The notes beneath the pieces were generated by a model that was not told the origin of the DNA, made no database searches, and was given only the letters and a program-made list of their open reading frames with translations. A stretch of DNA of 64,000 bases from Sminthopsis crassicaudata (taxonomy: Eukaryota): positions 752,339,897 to 752,403,896 of the forward strand of contig NC_133617.1 in NCBI RefSeq assembly GCF_048593235.1, given 5' to 3'. Shown here in pieces: positions 47,507-60,109 of this stretch. How positions within the stretch are numbered: the stretch's first letter is position 1; each line of letters opens with the position of its first letter. Both the position numbers and the translations under genes were made by a program.

Positions 47507-48399
47507 GCCTGGGAATTCACTCAGTGGAAGGCCGGGGATCGGAGCTATGGCGCACTGTGATTTCTTCATCGCCTCCGGCCCCGGTTCGGTTCTAGATCAG
47601 AAAAGGAGAACCTCCCTCCTTGAAAACTGCTCCAGAATAGTCACCTGCACGCTCTCAGGTTCATTCTGGCTGAGTAAATGTCCCGGTGTCTGAGGGCTGC
47701 AGTTCCAGTGTCCTAGAAATAGCATCTGTGGACTCTGAGGGGAAGATGGGGCCGCAGACCTCAGTTTACACATGAGGAAACAGGGTCGGAGATTGTAAAA
47801 AATGAGCGAAGTCACGTACTTGATCAGGTGGAATTTACACACTTTTCCCTCCATGCTGCCTTCCCAGCATTCAGTAAAGTGTCTGACGGATTTTTGGGAA
47901 ATTTTGTTGACGTGTGATTGGATGATGATAGATTTGGATGGATTCATAACAGGAACAGTAATAGCGCACATAATTGCGTGGTGCTTGGAAGGGACTAGTA
48001 TCTCATTTTTCCTTCGCCACAACCATGACTAGCAGGGGTGCATAAACTGAGGAGGGCGGGCTGTGATTTGCCCAGTCGCAGCCAGTGCGCACAGGATCCG
48101 AACTCAGTTCTTAACTCCGGGGCAGCGCGCTCCCATTTGCAGCTAACACAAAGATAGCTAACAAGATCCAGAAGCATCTCAACAAGCTAGAACAGGAGAC
48201 GAAACAGAGATGTGACATCTTATCCTTTGCTTCAAAAGGCAGGTAATCCAGGGAAGGCTTCTGTTAAGCACTTGCAGTATTCTAGTCACTATGACAGGAA
48301 GGGAGGCATTGTTAGCGGTCTTTAAGAGATCCGGGGATTTTAGGACTCCGTGTGAGTCAATAAGGGCGGCCCAAAGCAATAGCCCCATCGTGGAGCCTG

Positions 48400-48442
48400 G
48401 TAAAGGAGCCATCCCAGGGATGAGGAGATAGTCCCCCTGTCC

Positions 48443-48473
<31 letters not shown>

Positions 48474-48800
48474 ATAATTTTTTTTTGACCGTACATAAGC
48501 ATAGGTAATTTTTTACATTATCCCTTGTACTCCCTTCTGTGCCTCCCCCCCCCCCCAGACGGCAGGCATTCCCGTACATATTAAATATCTTCTAGTATAT
48601 CCTATAGTCCCCCTGTTCTTGCTCTTCATTGGACTGGATCTGGAAGATTTAGTTCAAACAAGTTCAAAAGGACTTTTGAGTCCGTCCCAGAAGAGGGTTG
48701 GTGGAAAGAACTTGGGATGGGAATGTGGTCGCTTCAGAGAAGCAGAAGGCAAGTGGATTGTCTTCAGGCTCCCATGTAGGGGACAGAGACATTCTGGTGT
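48400..48800 (+). mobile_element. CR1/L3 3' relic interrupted by a young L1 tail
   Basis: gaggagatagtccccctgt...cttcattggactggatctggaag...gtccgtcccagaagagg resembles the L3 3' end. Confidence 0.5.
48441..48603 (-). mobile_element. Young 5'-truncated L1 (about 163 bp) with 13-bp TSD
   Basis: ATAGTCCCCCTGT at 48428-48440 and 48604-48616; long poly(T). Confidence 0.85.
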
Positions 48801-50422
48801 CCCTAGCACCCAGCATCGGACGCTGGGGAAATAGTGAGCAAGTGAAAGCTTGAGGTCAGGAAAATATCGTGTTGACAAGAGAGGGGAATCAGGGAGAACT
48901 CCCGGAACCCCATGATTGGAGGCCAGACAGCTGCGCCCCAGTGACCACTCATCGCCTGGATCGGACTTTCATGCCCAGTTGGGCTGTTTTGGGGGACACG
49001 CTTTGGTTTCAGTGGCTTCTGAGGTTTTTCCTCTCAAATTGTATTCCATGACTCGGCCACTGTCTCACGTGAGGTGGTCCTAGAATTGGGTCTTCTCATG
49101 TGGCTACTTAAGCACTGTCCAGTCCAGCAGGCTGATTCCATCCAGCATTCAAGACTGCCCACTAGCATGTCCATTGTCTTCTGACTTCCAACAGTGGGAG
49201 GGAGTATTTCTACACATCCTCCCAGCTCAGGGTCTGTCAGTCCAGGGCTGATCAGAAAGGGTCAAGAGGGCTAAGGAAGCCCAGAACTCTGTGGCATCTC
49301 GTTGGCTTCCTCCGGCACTTTAAGAAGATCGAGTTCTGGAGCCCCCAGATGCCCACTGGGTAACGGCTCCCAGGAGGATTATGCAACGTGCAGATTGAAC
49401 ATTCTCTTTCAAGGAGTTTGCAGCTAAGGGCAATAGCCAGATGGTTTCTCTCTTTAATGTTGTATTTAGCAAAAAAAAGAATCCTGTTCAGACAAATTAT
49501 GTGACCTAGTTCTTCCCTGAGCTTGTAGTTTCGTAGCCGCCACTCCTGAGTGTCACCTGGATGTACCCTGGTGCCTCCTACAGTGCACATCCAAAACGCA
49601 ACCTTTCTTCCCCTGTCCATGCCGGATTTCCTCACAACTTCCCTGTTTCAGTTCATGTCTTCGCTGGCCGGGGAGTGAATCAGGTTCAAGACCTGTGTCA
49701 GACTTTCACTCCCCACATCCTATCAGTTAATTCTACTCCTGGGGTCTTCTCCCTCTGGTCTTCACACTGCTTCCCCCTCTTTTCTGGACTATTAACTTCC
49801 CAATTGGTTCAACATCTCCCCGTTCTTCAGTGTATCCTTCACTTCCTCTTCTTAATGTACTGACCCAAAAGCCTCCCATGACGTCCTTTCATCTCTAGGA
49901 TAAAATAAAAACTCCGTAACTGAGCACTTAAGGCCCTCCAAAGTGGGATCGCAGCCTCCTCCTCTATCACTGTTTTTCAGGCACATTGACCCATTACCTA
50001 CTCACCAGACTGGACTTGGAGCCATTCCCTGAGCTTAGGCAGATAGCACCTCAGAGCCCTCCCTCATGCCCCCAATGGGCTCCCACATCATTGCCTTGGT
50101 CAGAGTTCTCCCCATTAAGGCTCAACTCCAATGTCCACCTTTGGCCAGGTCAGGCTCTGGATTGTATTAAATTTCCACGTCCATACGTCATGTCCTCCCA
50201 TGTACAAGGGGAGCTCCCTGAGGGCAGTTATCACATTACTGGGATGGAAGATCAGAAAATCAGAGTAGAATAGGATGGAGGCTGCATGGCATCCCATGCT
50301 CATGCCCCTGCCCAGCCTGTCTGCCATCTAGAAAGCACCAGGCCAACCCCATGTTTTACAGGAAAAAACAGGCTTAGCCAGGGGCTCATGCTATCATGAG
50401 TGGCAGATCCTGGATGTGAACC

Positions 50423-50518
50423 CAGTGTTTGCCAAACCAAACTGGAACTAAGGAAAATATATTGAATTTTAACAAACATTTGTGGAAGTCTCTGTTGATG
50501 CTTGTGTTTGGCAAGCCC
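50423..50518. mobile_element. Possible short hAT-type MITE relic
   Basis: Imperfect inverted ends CAGTGTTTGCCAAAC / GTTTGGCAAGCCC. Confidence 0.35.
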
Positions 50519-51344
50519 ATAGGTGGGGCTGGCAGCTTTGTTCTTGGATTTTAAAAGAGATTCCTTCTCCCAAATTTAAGGTGTCTGCATTAAGCTTCCA
50601 AATGCAACGCTTCACCTGGCTCATGTTTTCCAGATGCTAGATCCTTGATTACATTGGAAAGAAATGGGGCAACGAGTTCCCAGTGCATAAAAAGGCATTG
50701 AAAACAGATACCTATACAAGTTACCCATTTCCTACCTTCATTTTTCGCACTGAATTTGATTTTCATTCTCCACCGGGATTTTTCCGTGCCAAAAATTTTC
50801 TTTTATAACGAGACCCAGAAAGTAAAATAAAATTATAATCCAAAAATAAACAGAAATGGTTTGTTTTACTCAAGCTAGTTAATATTACTCTACTACATTC
50901 TTTGAATGACATGGAGCTGAATCTTTCATGAACAAAACTAAACACTGGGAAGTGAGGGTCTAACCAGAGGCTAAAGGGTAGCTTGAGGTCCTCTATAAAT
51001 GTCTACTATGGGTTTCTGGCTTCCAGGGGATGGAGGCAAAAGAACATGGAAGAAACAATAGGGTATCATTAAACTTACAAGAACAGATCCATTTTCTCAA
51101 GGAGAAAATCTCAAGAGGAAGAAAGAAGACTGGCTACTACTTAACCCTGAAGACCCCAACATCTGGCAGAGTGTCTACCACAAAAAAGGCATTTAATGCA
51201 TGCTTAATCCATCAATTAACTGAATGAGCGCTCAATAGTAGCTCCCAAGGTGTTATCTGGGGCTGGTTACAAGAAATAATTCCAGATACCATCTGCTCTG
51301 GATCCAATGTAAATGTCTTCAGTAGTTTAGATATGTCTTTATTT

Positions 51345-51687
51345 TATTTATTTTATTTTTTTTTTTGAGGTTTGACCTTTTTTAATTATATGTAAATTAG
51401 CATAGTGTGTGCACAATAGGATCCATCTTTTAAGTGGGAAGATCAACTCCAAAGTCCAGTAAAATGGAAGTCATTGAAGCGAGATCCGTAAACATTTAGT
51501 CCAATTTGATAAAGCCAATGTCTTTTGTGTACTGCCGGAAACACTGGCGGCACATATTCAGGCCGAACTTGAGGATTAGGCCGTGCAGTTGGAACAGATG
51601 GGAACCTTGGCGGAATTTGTGAGGGTGGCTCCAGTAGAGCTGCTGATGACCCATGGCGCAGACAGCAAAGACACGAGACAAAAAAAA
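51345..51687 (-). pseudogene. RPS29: RPS29 (uS14) processed pseudogene; ORF 51496-51654, 52 aa
   Basis: [52 protein letters not shown]; intronless, decayed poly(A), 16-bp TSD (one mismatch) at 51329-51344 and 51688-51703. Confidence 0.95.
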
Positions 51688-51759
51688 AGATGTGTCTTTA
51701 TTTGTGTGAAAAAGGTTTTATAATTTTCTGTTCTTATTTTAAATGGAATTTTTAAAATC

Positions 51760-54700
51760 TCTTCCTGCTGGATTTTCATTGTTATTATATAGAGTTACTG
51801 ACTTTTTATAGGCTTATTTTATATCCTGCAACTTTGTTCAAATTGTTAAGTATTTCAAATAGTTTTTAGTTGATTCCTTAGGGTTGTCTAAGTATCCCAT
51901 CATATTAAGTGCAAAGAGTGGTAGTTGATTTCCCTCTTGGCTACTTTTATCCCTTTAATTTCTTTTTCTATTTTTTATTATACCTACCTATTAATTAATA
52001 CCTAGTAAATAATATTGAATAATAGTGACAATAATAGTGATGATAATGAGCACCCTTGCTTCATTCCCTGATCTTACTGGGAAGGCTTATTCCCATCACA
52101 GGTGATACGTGCTCTTGGTTTTAGATAGATACTACTAATCATTTTAAGGCAAGCTCCATTTATTTCTATGCTTTCTGGTGTTTTTGATAGGCATACATGT
52201 TGTATTTTGAGAAAAACTTTTCCTGCTTGTATTGAAGTTAAAATATGATTTTTATTGATTTTGTTATTAATAAAGTCAGTTATACTGATAGTTTTCCTAC
52301 TATTGAACCAATCATGCATTTTTGGTATCAATTCCACCTGGCCATAGTATATGACCTTTGTGATATATTGTGGAAATCTTATTAATAATTTTTTTAAATT
52401 ATATCAATATTCATTGGGGAAATTGGCCTATCATTTTCTTTCTCTGTTTCTGCTCTCCTCAGTTGAGGTATCAGGACCACATTTGTTATATAGAGAACAC
52501 AGTCACACTTATGAAAATATTCCCCAATTGGTAAATGGTCAAAGGATATGAACATATCTATAGTCATATGAAAAAATGTTATGTGTTTACCATGTGTAAC
52601 ACACATTGGATTACTTGCCATCGAGGGGAGGGAATGGGGGGAAGAGGGGAGAAATTGGAACACAAGGTTTTTCAAGGGTCAGTACTGAAAAATCATCCTT
52701 ACATATATTTTGAAAATAAAAAAAACTTCAATAAAAAAGAAGAAAAAATGTTGTAAATCATTATTGATTAGAGAAATACAAATTGGAACAACTTTGAGGT
52801 GCCACCTCATATCTATCAGAATGGCAAATATGAAAAAAGAGGGAAAATGTTGGATTTGGGAGGGGATGAGAGAAAACAGATCACTAATGCATTGTTGGTA
52901 GAATTGTGATCCAGCCATTCGGGAGAACAATTTGAGATTATGTCCAAACCTTTTGTTCCAATTTTTTCCCTCTTTTCTTCCACCCCCTCCCCTAAATGGC
53001 AGGTCCTCGGAAAAATAAAATACTATTGAGAAAGTTTTAAAAATGACAATCAGGATGATTTCCAAAAAAAAAAAAAAAAAAAAAACCCAAACCCTGGGAC
53101 TTGCATGAACTGATACATCATGAAATGAACGGAACTAGGAGGACATTGTACATAGTACAAACTATTATATGATGAACTGTGCATAACTTAGCTATTCTCA
53201 GCAACACAATAATCTACAACATCCCAAAGGACTATTGATGAAGCTATGCTTGAATACAGACTGAAGCATGCTATTTTTCATTTTCTTTCCTTTTATTTGA
53301 GTCTTCTTGTACAAAATTACTAATATGGAAACATTTTATATAATTTCACATGTATAACCTTACCATCTCAGGGAGTGGGAAAGGAAGAGAGAGAATTTTG
53401 AACTAATAATTGGAGGTGGGGAAAGACCACATTTGTGTCATAAAAGGAATTTGGTAGGACTTCTTATTTATCTATTTTTTCAAATGGTTTAATTGTTCCC
53501 TAAATGTCTGGTAGAATTCATTTGTAAATTTTTCTGCCCCTTTTGACTTTTTTTTTCCCTGAAGGAGTTCATTGATGGCTTTTTAATTTCTTTTTCTAAA
53601 ATAGGGTTTTAAAAGTTTTCTATTTCTTCAGTTTATCTGGGAAGTTTCTATTTTTGTAAATATTCATCTATTTCACTTGAATTTTCAGTTTTATTGGCCA
53701 AAATAAGTTCTGATAATTGCTTTAATTGTATCTTTATTGTTGATATATTCACCCCTTTTCTTTTGATGATGCCAATTTGATTTTTTTTCATTTTTCCAAA
53801 AATCAAATTAGTTAATTATTTATCTATTTTATAGTTTTCCCCACAAAACCGGCTCTTATTTTTATGTATTAATTCAATTGTGTGGTTTTTTAAAATTTTA
53901 TTAATCTCCCTTTTGATTTTTAGGATTTTCATTTTGACATTTAATTGAGGATTTTAAATTTGTTCTTTTTTTAGTTGTTTTTTTTAATTCCATGACAAAT
54001 TCATTTATCTGCTCTTTTTCTCTTTCATGTACACATTTATAATATAAATTTCCCCTTAAGCATTATTTTAGCCACATACCATAAATTTTGATATGTTGTC
54101 TCATTATTGTCATCTTTGCTGAAATCATTGATTATTTCTATAATTTGTTCTTTAACCCATTCGTTATTTAAGATAAGTTTATTTCATTTCCAGTGAAATT
54201 TTTATCTATGCACCCAAATTTTTTTTATTTTAGGTATTTTTTATCACATTATGTGTGTCTGAAAGGGGTAAGTTTAATATTTCTGCTTTTCTGCATTTGT
54301 TTATATGCCTTAATACATGGTCAGTTTTTGTAAATGTGTCATGTACAACTGAGAAAAAAGTATAGTCCTTTCTATTCCCATTCAATTTTTTTCAGAGAGA
54401 TATCATATCTAATGTTTTAATATTCTATTAATCTCCTTAACTTCTTCTTTGTTTATATTATGGTTAGATTTATGTAGCTCTAAGGGGGAAAAGTTGAGGT
54501 TCCCTCAGTTTTATTGTCTATTTTTTCCTGTATCTCACTTAACCTTTTCCTTTAAGAATTTGGATACTATACCATTTGGTGCGTATATGTTTAGTATGGA
54601 TGTTATTTCATTTTCTGTATGTATTTTAGCAACCCTAACCATAATCCTAAATGCCTTCCAATTCCTGACTCCCAACTCTCTCTATATAGCTCCAAATATA

Positions 54701-55150
54701 GCTCCAAAGCTTCTCTCTTTTGATTAGGTCTGTTTTTGCTTTTGTTTTGTCTGGGATCATGATCACTATCCCTGCCTTTTTTATTTCAGCTGAAGTATAA
54801 TCTATTCTGCTCCTTTATTTCTACACTACATGTGTCTTTTTGTTTCAAACTATCTTTTGTGAACAACATATTGTTGATTCGTATTTCTTATTCATTCTGT
54901 CCATTTCTATTTTTTAAGTGAGTCCATTCCATTAAGATTCAGTTATGATTACTAACTGTATTTCCCTTCATCATATTTTCTTTTGTTTAGCTTTCTCTTT
55001 TTTACCCTCTTCCTCCTCAGAAGTCTATTTTACTGTCTCGCTTAATCTATCCTCCCTTTTATCATCACCACCCCTCCTTCTTTCTCGAATTCCTTTAACT
55101 TCCCATTTCCCTGTTGCATTAAGTAGCTTGTTATATACCCAACTGAATGA
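51760..55150 (-). mobile_element. L1 ORF2 fragment interrupted by nested L1 insertions
   Basis: Continuous reverse-strand L1 ORF2 sequence broken at GACCACATTTGT (52475-52486 / 53425-53436). Confidence 0.85.
52487..53424 (+). mobile_element. L1 3' fragment nested in the older L1, itself carrying an insertion at 52581-52741
   Basis: 12-bp TSD GACCACATTTGT; inner 11-bp TSD GAAAAAATGTT at 52570-52580 and 52742-52752. Confidence 0.8.
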
Positions 55151-55829
55151 TTAAATTTGAGGTATGGTTTTAGAGTTATTTTGTAGGGGAATATTGGGAG
55201 AGTTTGGCTGTAGTACTTCCTCTACTCTGCTCTCTTGGCTTTGCCCTGAATAGGAAACTTCTAGAGCTTTGTTTTGTTTTATTTGGAGGGTGGAAAAACT
55301 AGGAGTGTTTTGAGAAGACCAGAACCTTAGGAAGATTATTTTCACAGCTATTCAAAGAATTAGAGCAATAATTACTCAAAAATAGATGAAAAATGTTCAT
55401 TATCTAGATGATGATTTGCAGTTGAATGTTTGTTCCATAAACCCAGTTCTTTGTTAAAACAAATTCAGCAGATTGACAAAAAGTTGGGACCATAATTAAA
55501 TAGAGTTAATAAAAATTAAAGTTAAGTTAATAAAATAGATTTATCTATTAAATAGAGTTAATAAAAATTAAAATTAAAAATTAAGTATAATAAAATTATA
55601 CTTTTTAGAAGTATAATTAGAAATTGTGCTGGGCCTTTTATGACCCCAAAGTTTCTCTCTAAAGACCAAAGGTTAACATCAGTAGTCTTTCTATCTTACT
55701 ATATGATAGTGAATCACAGAGCACCCCAATCTACAAAGAATCCAAAGTGCAGGCCACTACATCTCTCAAATACTACATGCTAGGTCATAGAGGAGCTATA
55801 ATCTTGATGGAGAAAGGGAAGAAGGGAAC

Positions 55830-56035
55830 AAGCATTTATTAAACACCTACTGTGTGCCAAACAGGTACTGTTTGAAGTACTTCCCAAATATTAACTCATC
55901 TGATTCTCACAACAACCTTGGGAGGGAAGGTATTATTATCACCATTTTACAGAGAAGGAAAGTGAGAGACAGAAAGGAAATATACAACTAGTAAGTGTTT
56001 GAGGCTGGATTTGAACTAAGGTCTTTTTGACTAGA
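55830..56035. mobile_element. MAR1/MIR SINE
   Basis: aagcatttattaaacacctactgtgtgcca...caccattttacag...gaggctggatttgaactaaggtct. Confidence 0.7.
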
Positions 56036-57607
56036 TCTGGTGCTTTATCTGCCAGGTGCCCAGGTACCTCTCCTATCATGGAGGAAAGGCTCGCTATCCA
56101 GAGGAAATTTTGAATCCTTGAAGAATCCAAATATTTCTTTGTCATTCTGGGTTATCAGACTGGATAGACATTTTGACAAATTAATTCCAAGGAAAAGGAA
56201 TGCCATGGCACTTTGGCCCAATCGCCGCCAAGATACAACTAATGCCTTCCTCTTAACTGGGATGCTCGATGCCGTAGCTATTAGCAGTCATTGATATTGG
56301 CAGTGATTAGGGATTTGTTTCTATTAGCTACCGCCTAACAGAGAGACACTGGGTGCCATCCATCACCGTGAGTGATTGCAGGGATGCAAAAAGGAAACAG
56401 CCACAGTGGCCATCAGCCAACGCGCCAAACATTTGAAGGATGGGATTCATTTAAATTGGGAGCCTTGAGGTAACACTGGGCCATCTTTCTAGTACAAAGC
56501 CATGCTCTGAACTGTCGCGAGCCTTGTGTTCCCACTTGAGTGAAAAGATTTGAATCGTGTATCCGTGTTCTCTCCAGTCATTCTTCCTCCCAACAAAGGC
56601 CGACTTTTATAAGATGCACAACTAACTGGTCCCCCAGGACCTACGGCTTTCCACCCTGATCTCATTAATGTGGAAGTGGCGCCTGCTGAGCAAAGCAGTC
56701 AGTCAGAGAAACAAATACTACCATCAGTCAAACAGTGGGTATTTATTAAACACCTACTGTGTACCAGGCACTGGGAATACAGATCACAAAGTGCAGTACT
56801 CCTCCCCCCCCCCACTCCGAGCTTACAGTCTCCTTGGGGGATACAAGACAACCCAGTAAAGGATGTAATTGTGTCTGCAAGAACTGAGAACAGAAAAACC
56901 TCCGCTTAGAGCGCATGGGCAGCGAGTGTGTGCTTTAAAAAGGCCCTTCTGGCCCACAAATAGAAGTCGCTCTACAGGCACCAGCCTGGAGGATCCCCAG
57001 GAAGGAAGGCAAGGATGAAATCAATACTTGTTAGTAAATGATTATCTTCAGAAGTTCTTTGGTGGCACATGAGATCAATAGACTTTTGATCCTGACAGTA
57101 ATCCAGCAGCAGGCACTCAACCCATAGGTTTATCTTGTGAGTCATGGAGGCTGGCTGAGGGTTACTCTTTATCTCAAAAAGGGCCCTTAGGGCGGGAGGC
57201 TTGTTCTTGGGGTCTTAGTGCAGAAACAAATGTGCAGACAGCTCAAAACAGAAAATCTTGCAAGGCCTTGGACAGGATTGACTTTGGATGGAGCTTATAT
57301 TCAGACTCACTCCAACTGTTCCCTCACTGAGGTGCCCCCACCACACTTAGGGCACTGCCTTTCAATGCCCAATGTTGTGTTCCTCCTAGTGAATAAGTTC
57401 ATGTTGCAGGTACTTGCTTTGGCTTCCTTCCCCTTTTCTCTCTGTCCACCTCCCTCCCCCAGATTTAGTAACCTTCTCTTGCCTTCAATTTTAGAACCTT
57501 CCCTTGCCTTCAACCCAGATTGCCTTTGGTCATTTGATAATCTAAAGGGTCATTTACCTGAAAAAGAGGAAGTCAAGAAAAAGGCAACCAGCTCAGTGAA
57601 TGGATTG

Positions 57608-57777
57608 CAGGGGTTCTCAAACTACGGCCCGTGGGCCAGATGCAACCCACTGGGTTATGGCAAATGGGCTGAGGGGCGGAGACAGAGTGTGAGCTTTTGT
57701 TTTTACTCTAGTCCGGCCCTCCTACAGTCTGAGGGACAGTGAACTGGTCCCCTATTTAAAAAGTTTGAGGGCCACTG
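57608..57777. mobile_element. hAT/Charlie non-autonomous MITE (OC1/OposCharlie1-like)
   Basis: TIRs CAGGGGTTCTCAAAC / GTTTGAGGGCCACTG; internal agtccggccctcc..agtctgagggacagtgaactgg...tttaaaaagtttgagg. Confidence 0.75.
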
Positions 57778-58722
57778 GATTAGAGGATACCCGTGAGGTC
57801 TGGTTTAGAGAATAGACAGAAGAGACTGAGGAAAAAGAAAATAAGTGGTATCCATTGTCTGAAGAGCTGCCACCTGGAAGAGAATTCAGGCTTTTTGTAC
57901 TTTTTGTAGAGGGAAGAATCAAGAGGAATGGGCAGAAATTGGAGTGATTTGGTTGGCTCTAAGGATCACATAAAATCCAAAGGATGGACTGGGCTGCCAT
58001 GATGGGTAATGAGTTAGTTCCCTGTGAGTAGAAATCTTTATACAGAGACTGGATGACAATTTGTCAGATATATTGTAGAGGATATTCTTATTTGTATATA
58101 GAATTGAACTCAGTACCTCAGTAGCTATTTAGTTTAAAAAAAAAATTAGGCCTAGCCGACAATTACTTTATACCAAATTCTTGGTTTGACTCTTGGTTTT
58201 TCCTCTCTCTTGCTGGTCTAATGACTTGCCTTCCAGCTGGGCCTGAGTGTCAGAGAGTTCATAGATTTTCTAATTTTATGTCTCTGGAAAGAGCTTCAGA
58301 AGCTTATTCCACAAGTACTTGGAGGACCCAACCAAGGTCCAGGTTCCCTCATTTCTAGCCCTGTGTTTTCTCCCCCCAGGGGCTGCATTGGTCTCTTAAG
58401 AGCTGCAGTGATTGGTCTCAAACCCTTCCATTGGCCAAGAAGGTACCATTCCCACCATTGCCAGAAAACGAGGCCATCTTTGTCTTTCATCTTCCTTCAA
58501 CCATTTAATCAATAATGTGCTAAACGCTTGCCATGTGCCGAGCTCATGCTGGGCCTTGGGAGAGATACAAAGGTTGAAGAAGCAGCGACTTTCAGAAATG
58601 GGGAGACCTAAGAGCTCATGAGCTCATCTTTCCCCTGGGTAGGTATGCTCTCTAAAACAGCACTGGCAGAGTCATCCAGGCTCAGCTGTAAGTCGAGATT
58701 AAAGGCCTCCATTTTACCTGAG

Positions 58723-58737
58723 GCGCGCGCGGGCGCG

Positions 58738-58788
<51 letters not shown>
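58723..58788. repeat. (GC)n-(CA)n alternating purine-pyrimidine tract
   Basis: gcgcgcgcgggcgcgcacgc followed by (ac)n. Confidence 0.95.
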
Positions 58789-58790
<2 letters not shown>

Positions 58791-59534
58791 CAGCCATGAT
58801 TGCCAGGAAGCTTTTCCTTATAAAGTGAAAATTTTGATTCCTGTGTATAAAAAGGGAATATTCCTCAACTGTGAGAGAGAAGGCTGCTCCAAGTTCTACC
58901 AACTCCCTCGTTCTATGGATGGAAAAAGGAGGCCCAGGGAGAGGAAAGGCTACCCAGCAAGTAGGCGGCAGAGCCGGACGTGAGCTCCTGTGACTTCCAG
59001 GCCACAAGGCCTAATCCACATGGATTTAGAAAAGTGCATTCGAGGCCCAAATCAGTTCAGTTTTTTACGAGGTCCTTGATAGAACTCTTGTCCAGAGCTT
59101 TTGACTGAACCAGAAATGAATGTTCAGTGTGAATTATGGTTTGATGCCTCAAAATTCAGTTTTGTGCTTTTGAGAGTCCTTTCACCATCTCTGTTCCTGT
59201 CTCCCCATTAGTAGCCTCCAAAGTCTCATGGGAGCCCCCGATTCGTGGTCATTTGCTGCATGTGGTCACCCTGCAATCAGACCCTTTGACTCTGGATCTC
59301 CTTGACATTTCCTGCCCTTCTCAGGCTCTTGAATACAATATTCTCTTCTTTCTCATGTTCTCAGCTTTTCAAACAGCAGAAATGGTTGATCCATCAGCTC
59401 CAGCTGACTGACAAAACATGATGTTTTGTGCTCATATATACCTGCAGGAAGGTCCAGATGCCTATCCAAATGAAAACAAAACATTCTCGCGTTAAAAGGG
59501 CTGGTATAGTTACCCTTTTGCAAAGGTCTCCTAT

Positions 59535-59537
<3 letters not shown>

Positions 59538-59586
<49 letters not shown>
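59538..59586. repeat. (CA)n microsatellite
   Basis: Direct reading. Confidence 0.95.
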
Positions 59587-59590
<4 letters not shown>

Positions 59591-60109
59591 TCACATGCTC
59601 ATCCAGTCTTTAATTATGAGGCAGAGAATTCACATCTAAAACAAGAATGAGTCTCTAGAAGCCATTCCAAAAAGTTTTCCGGGAAACTCCCTAAGACTCC
59701 AAGGACAAGAAGGTTTCATTACATGGGACTCTGGGGGAATGACAAAATTCCTGGCTGAGCGTGACCATGTTCATGGCTAGTGATGAAAGGGTTTGGGATG
59801 CTGTAGAATGACATGATCGATCGTGAGGAGTTCCTGGTCATCCCTTCTGCCTGTGCTTCAATAGCAGCAGAAGCAGACTAAGGCTGACCCCAAGGGCTCC
59901 TGTGGTTGCAGGAGTAGTGAGTGATAATTAGAGGCAAGGAAAGAGACAGTTTGGGAAAGACAAAGTGGGGGGGCAGACATAAAAAGAGAAAGATGGACAG
60001 AGAGGAGGAGGAAGAGAAACAAAAAAGGAGGAAAAGGAAGAATTTCTATTAGAGCAGTCAAACATGGAAACATTAAAAGCACTGTATTTTTAAATGATAC
60101 CACATCCTG

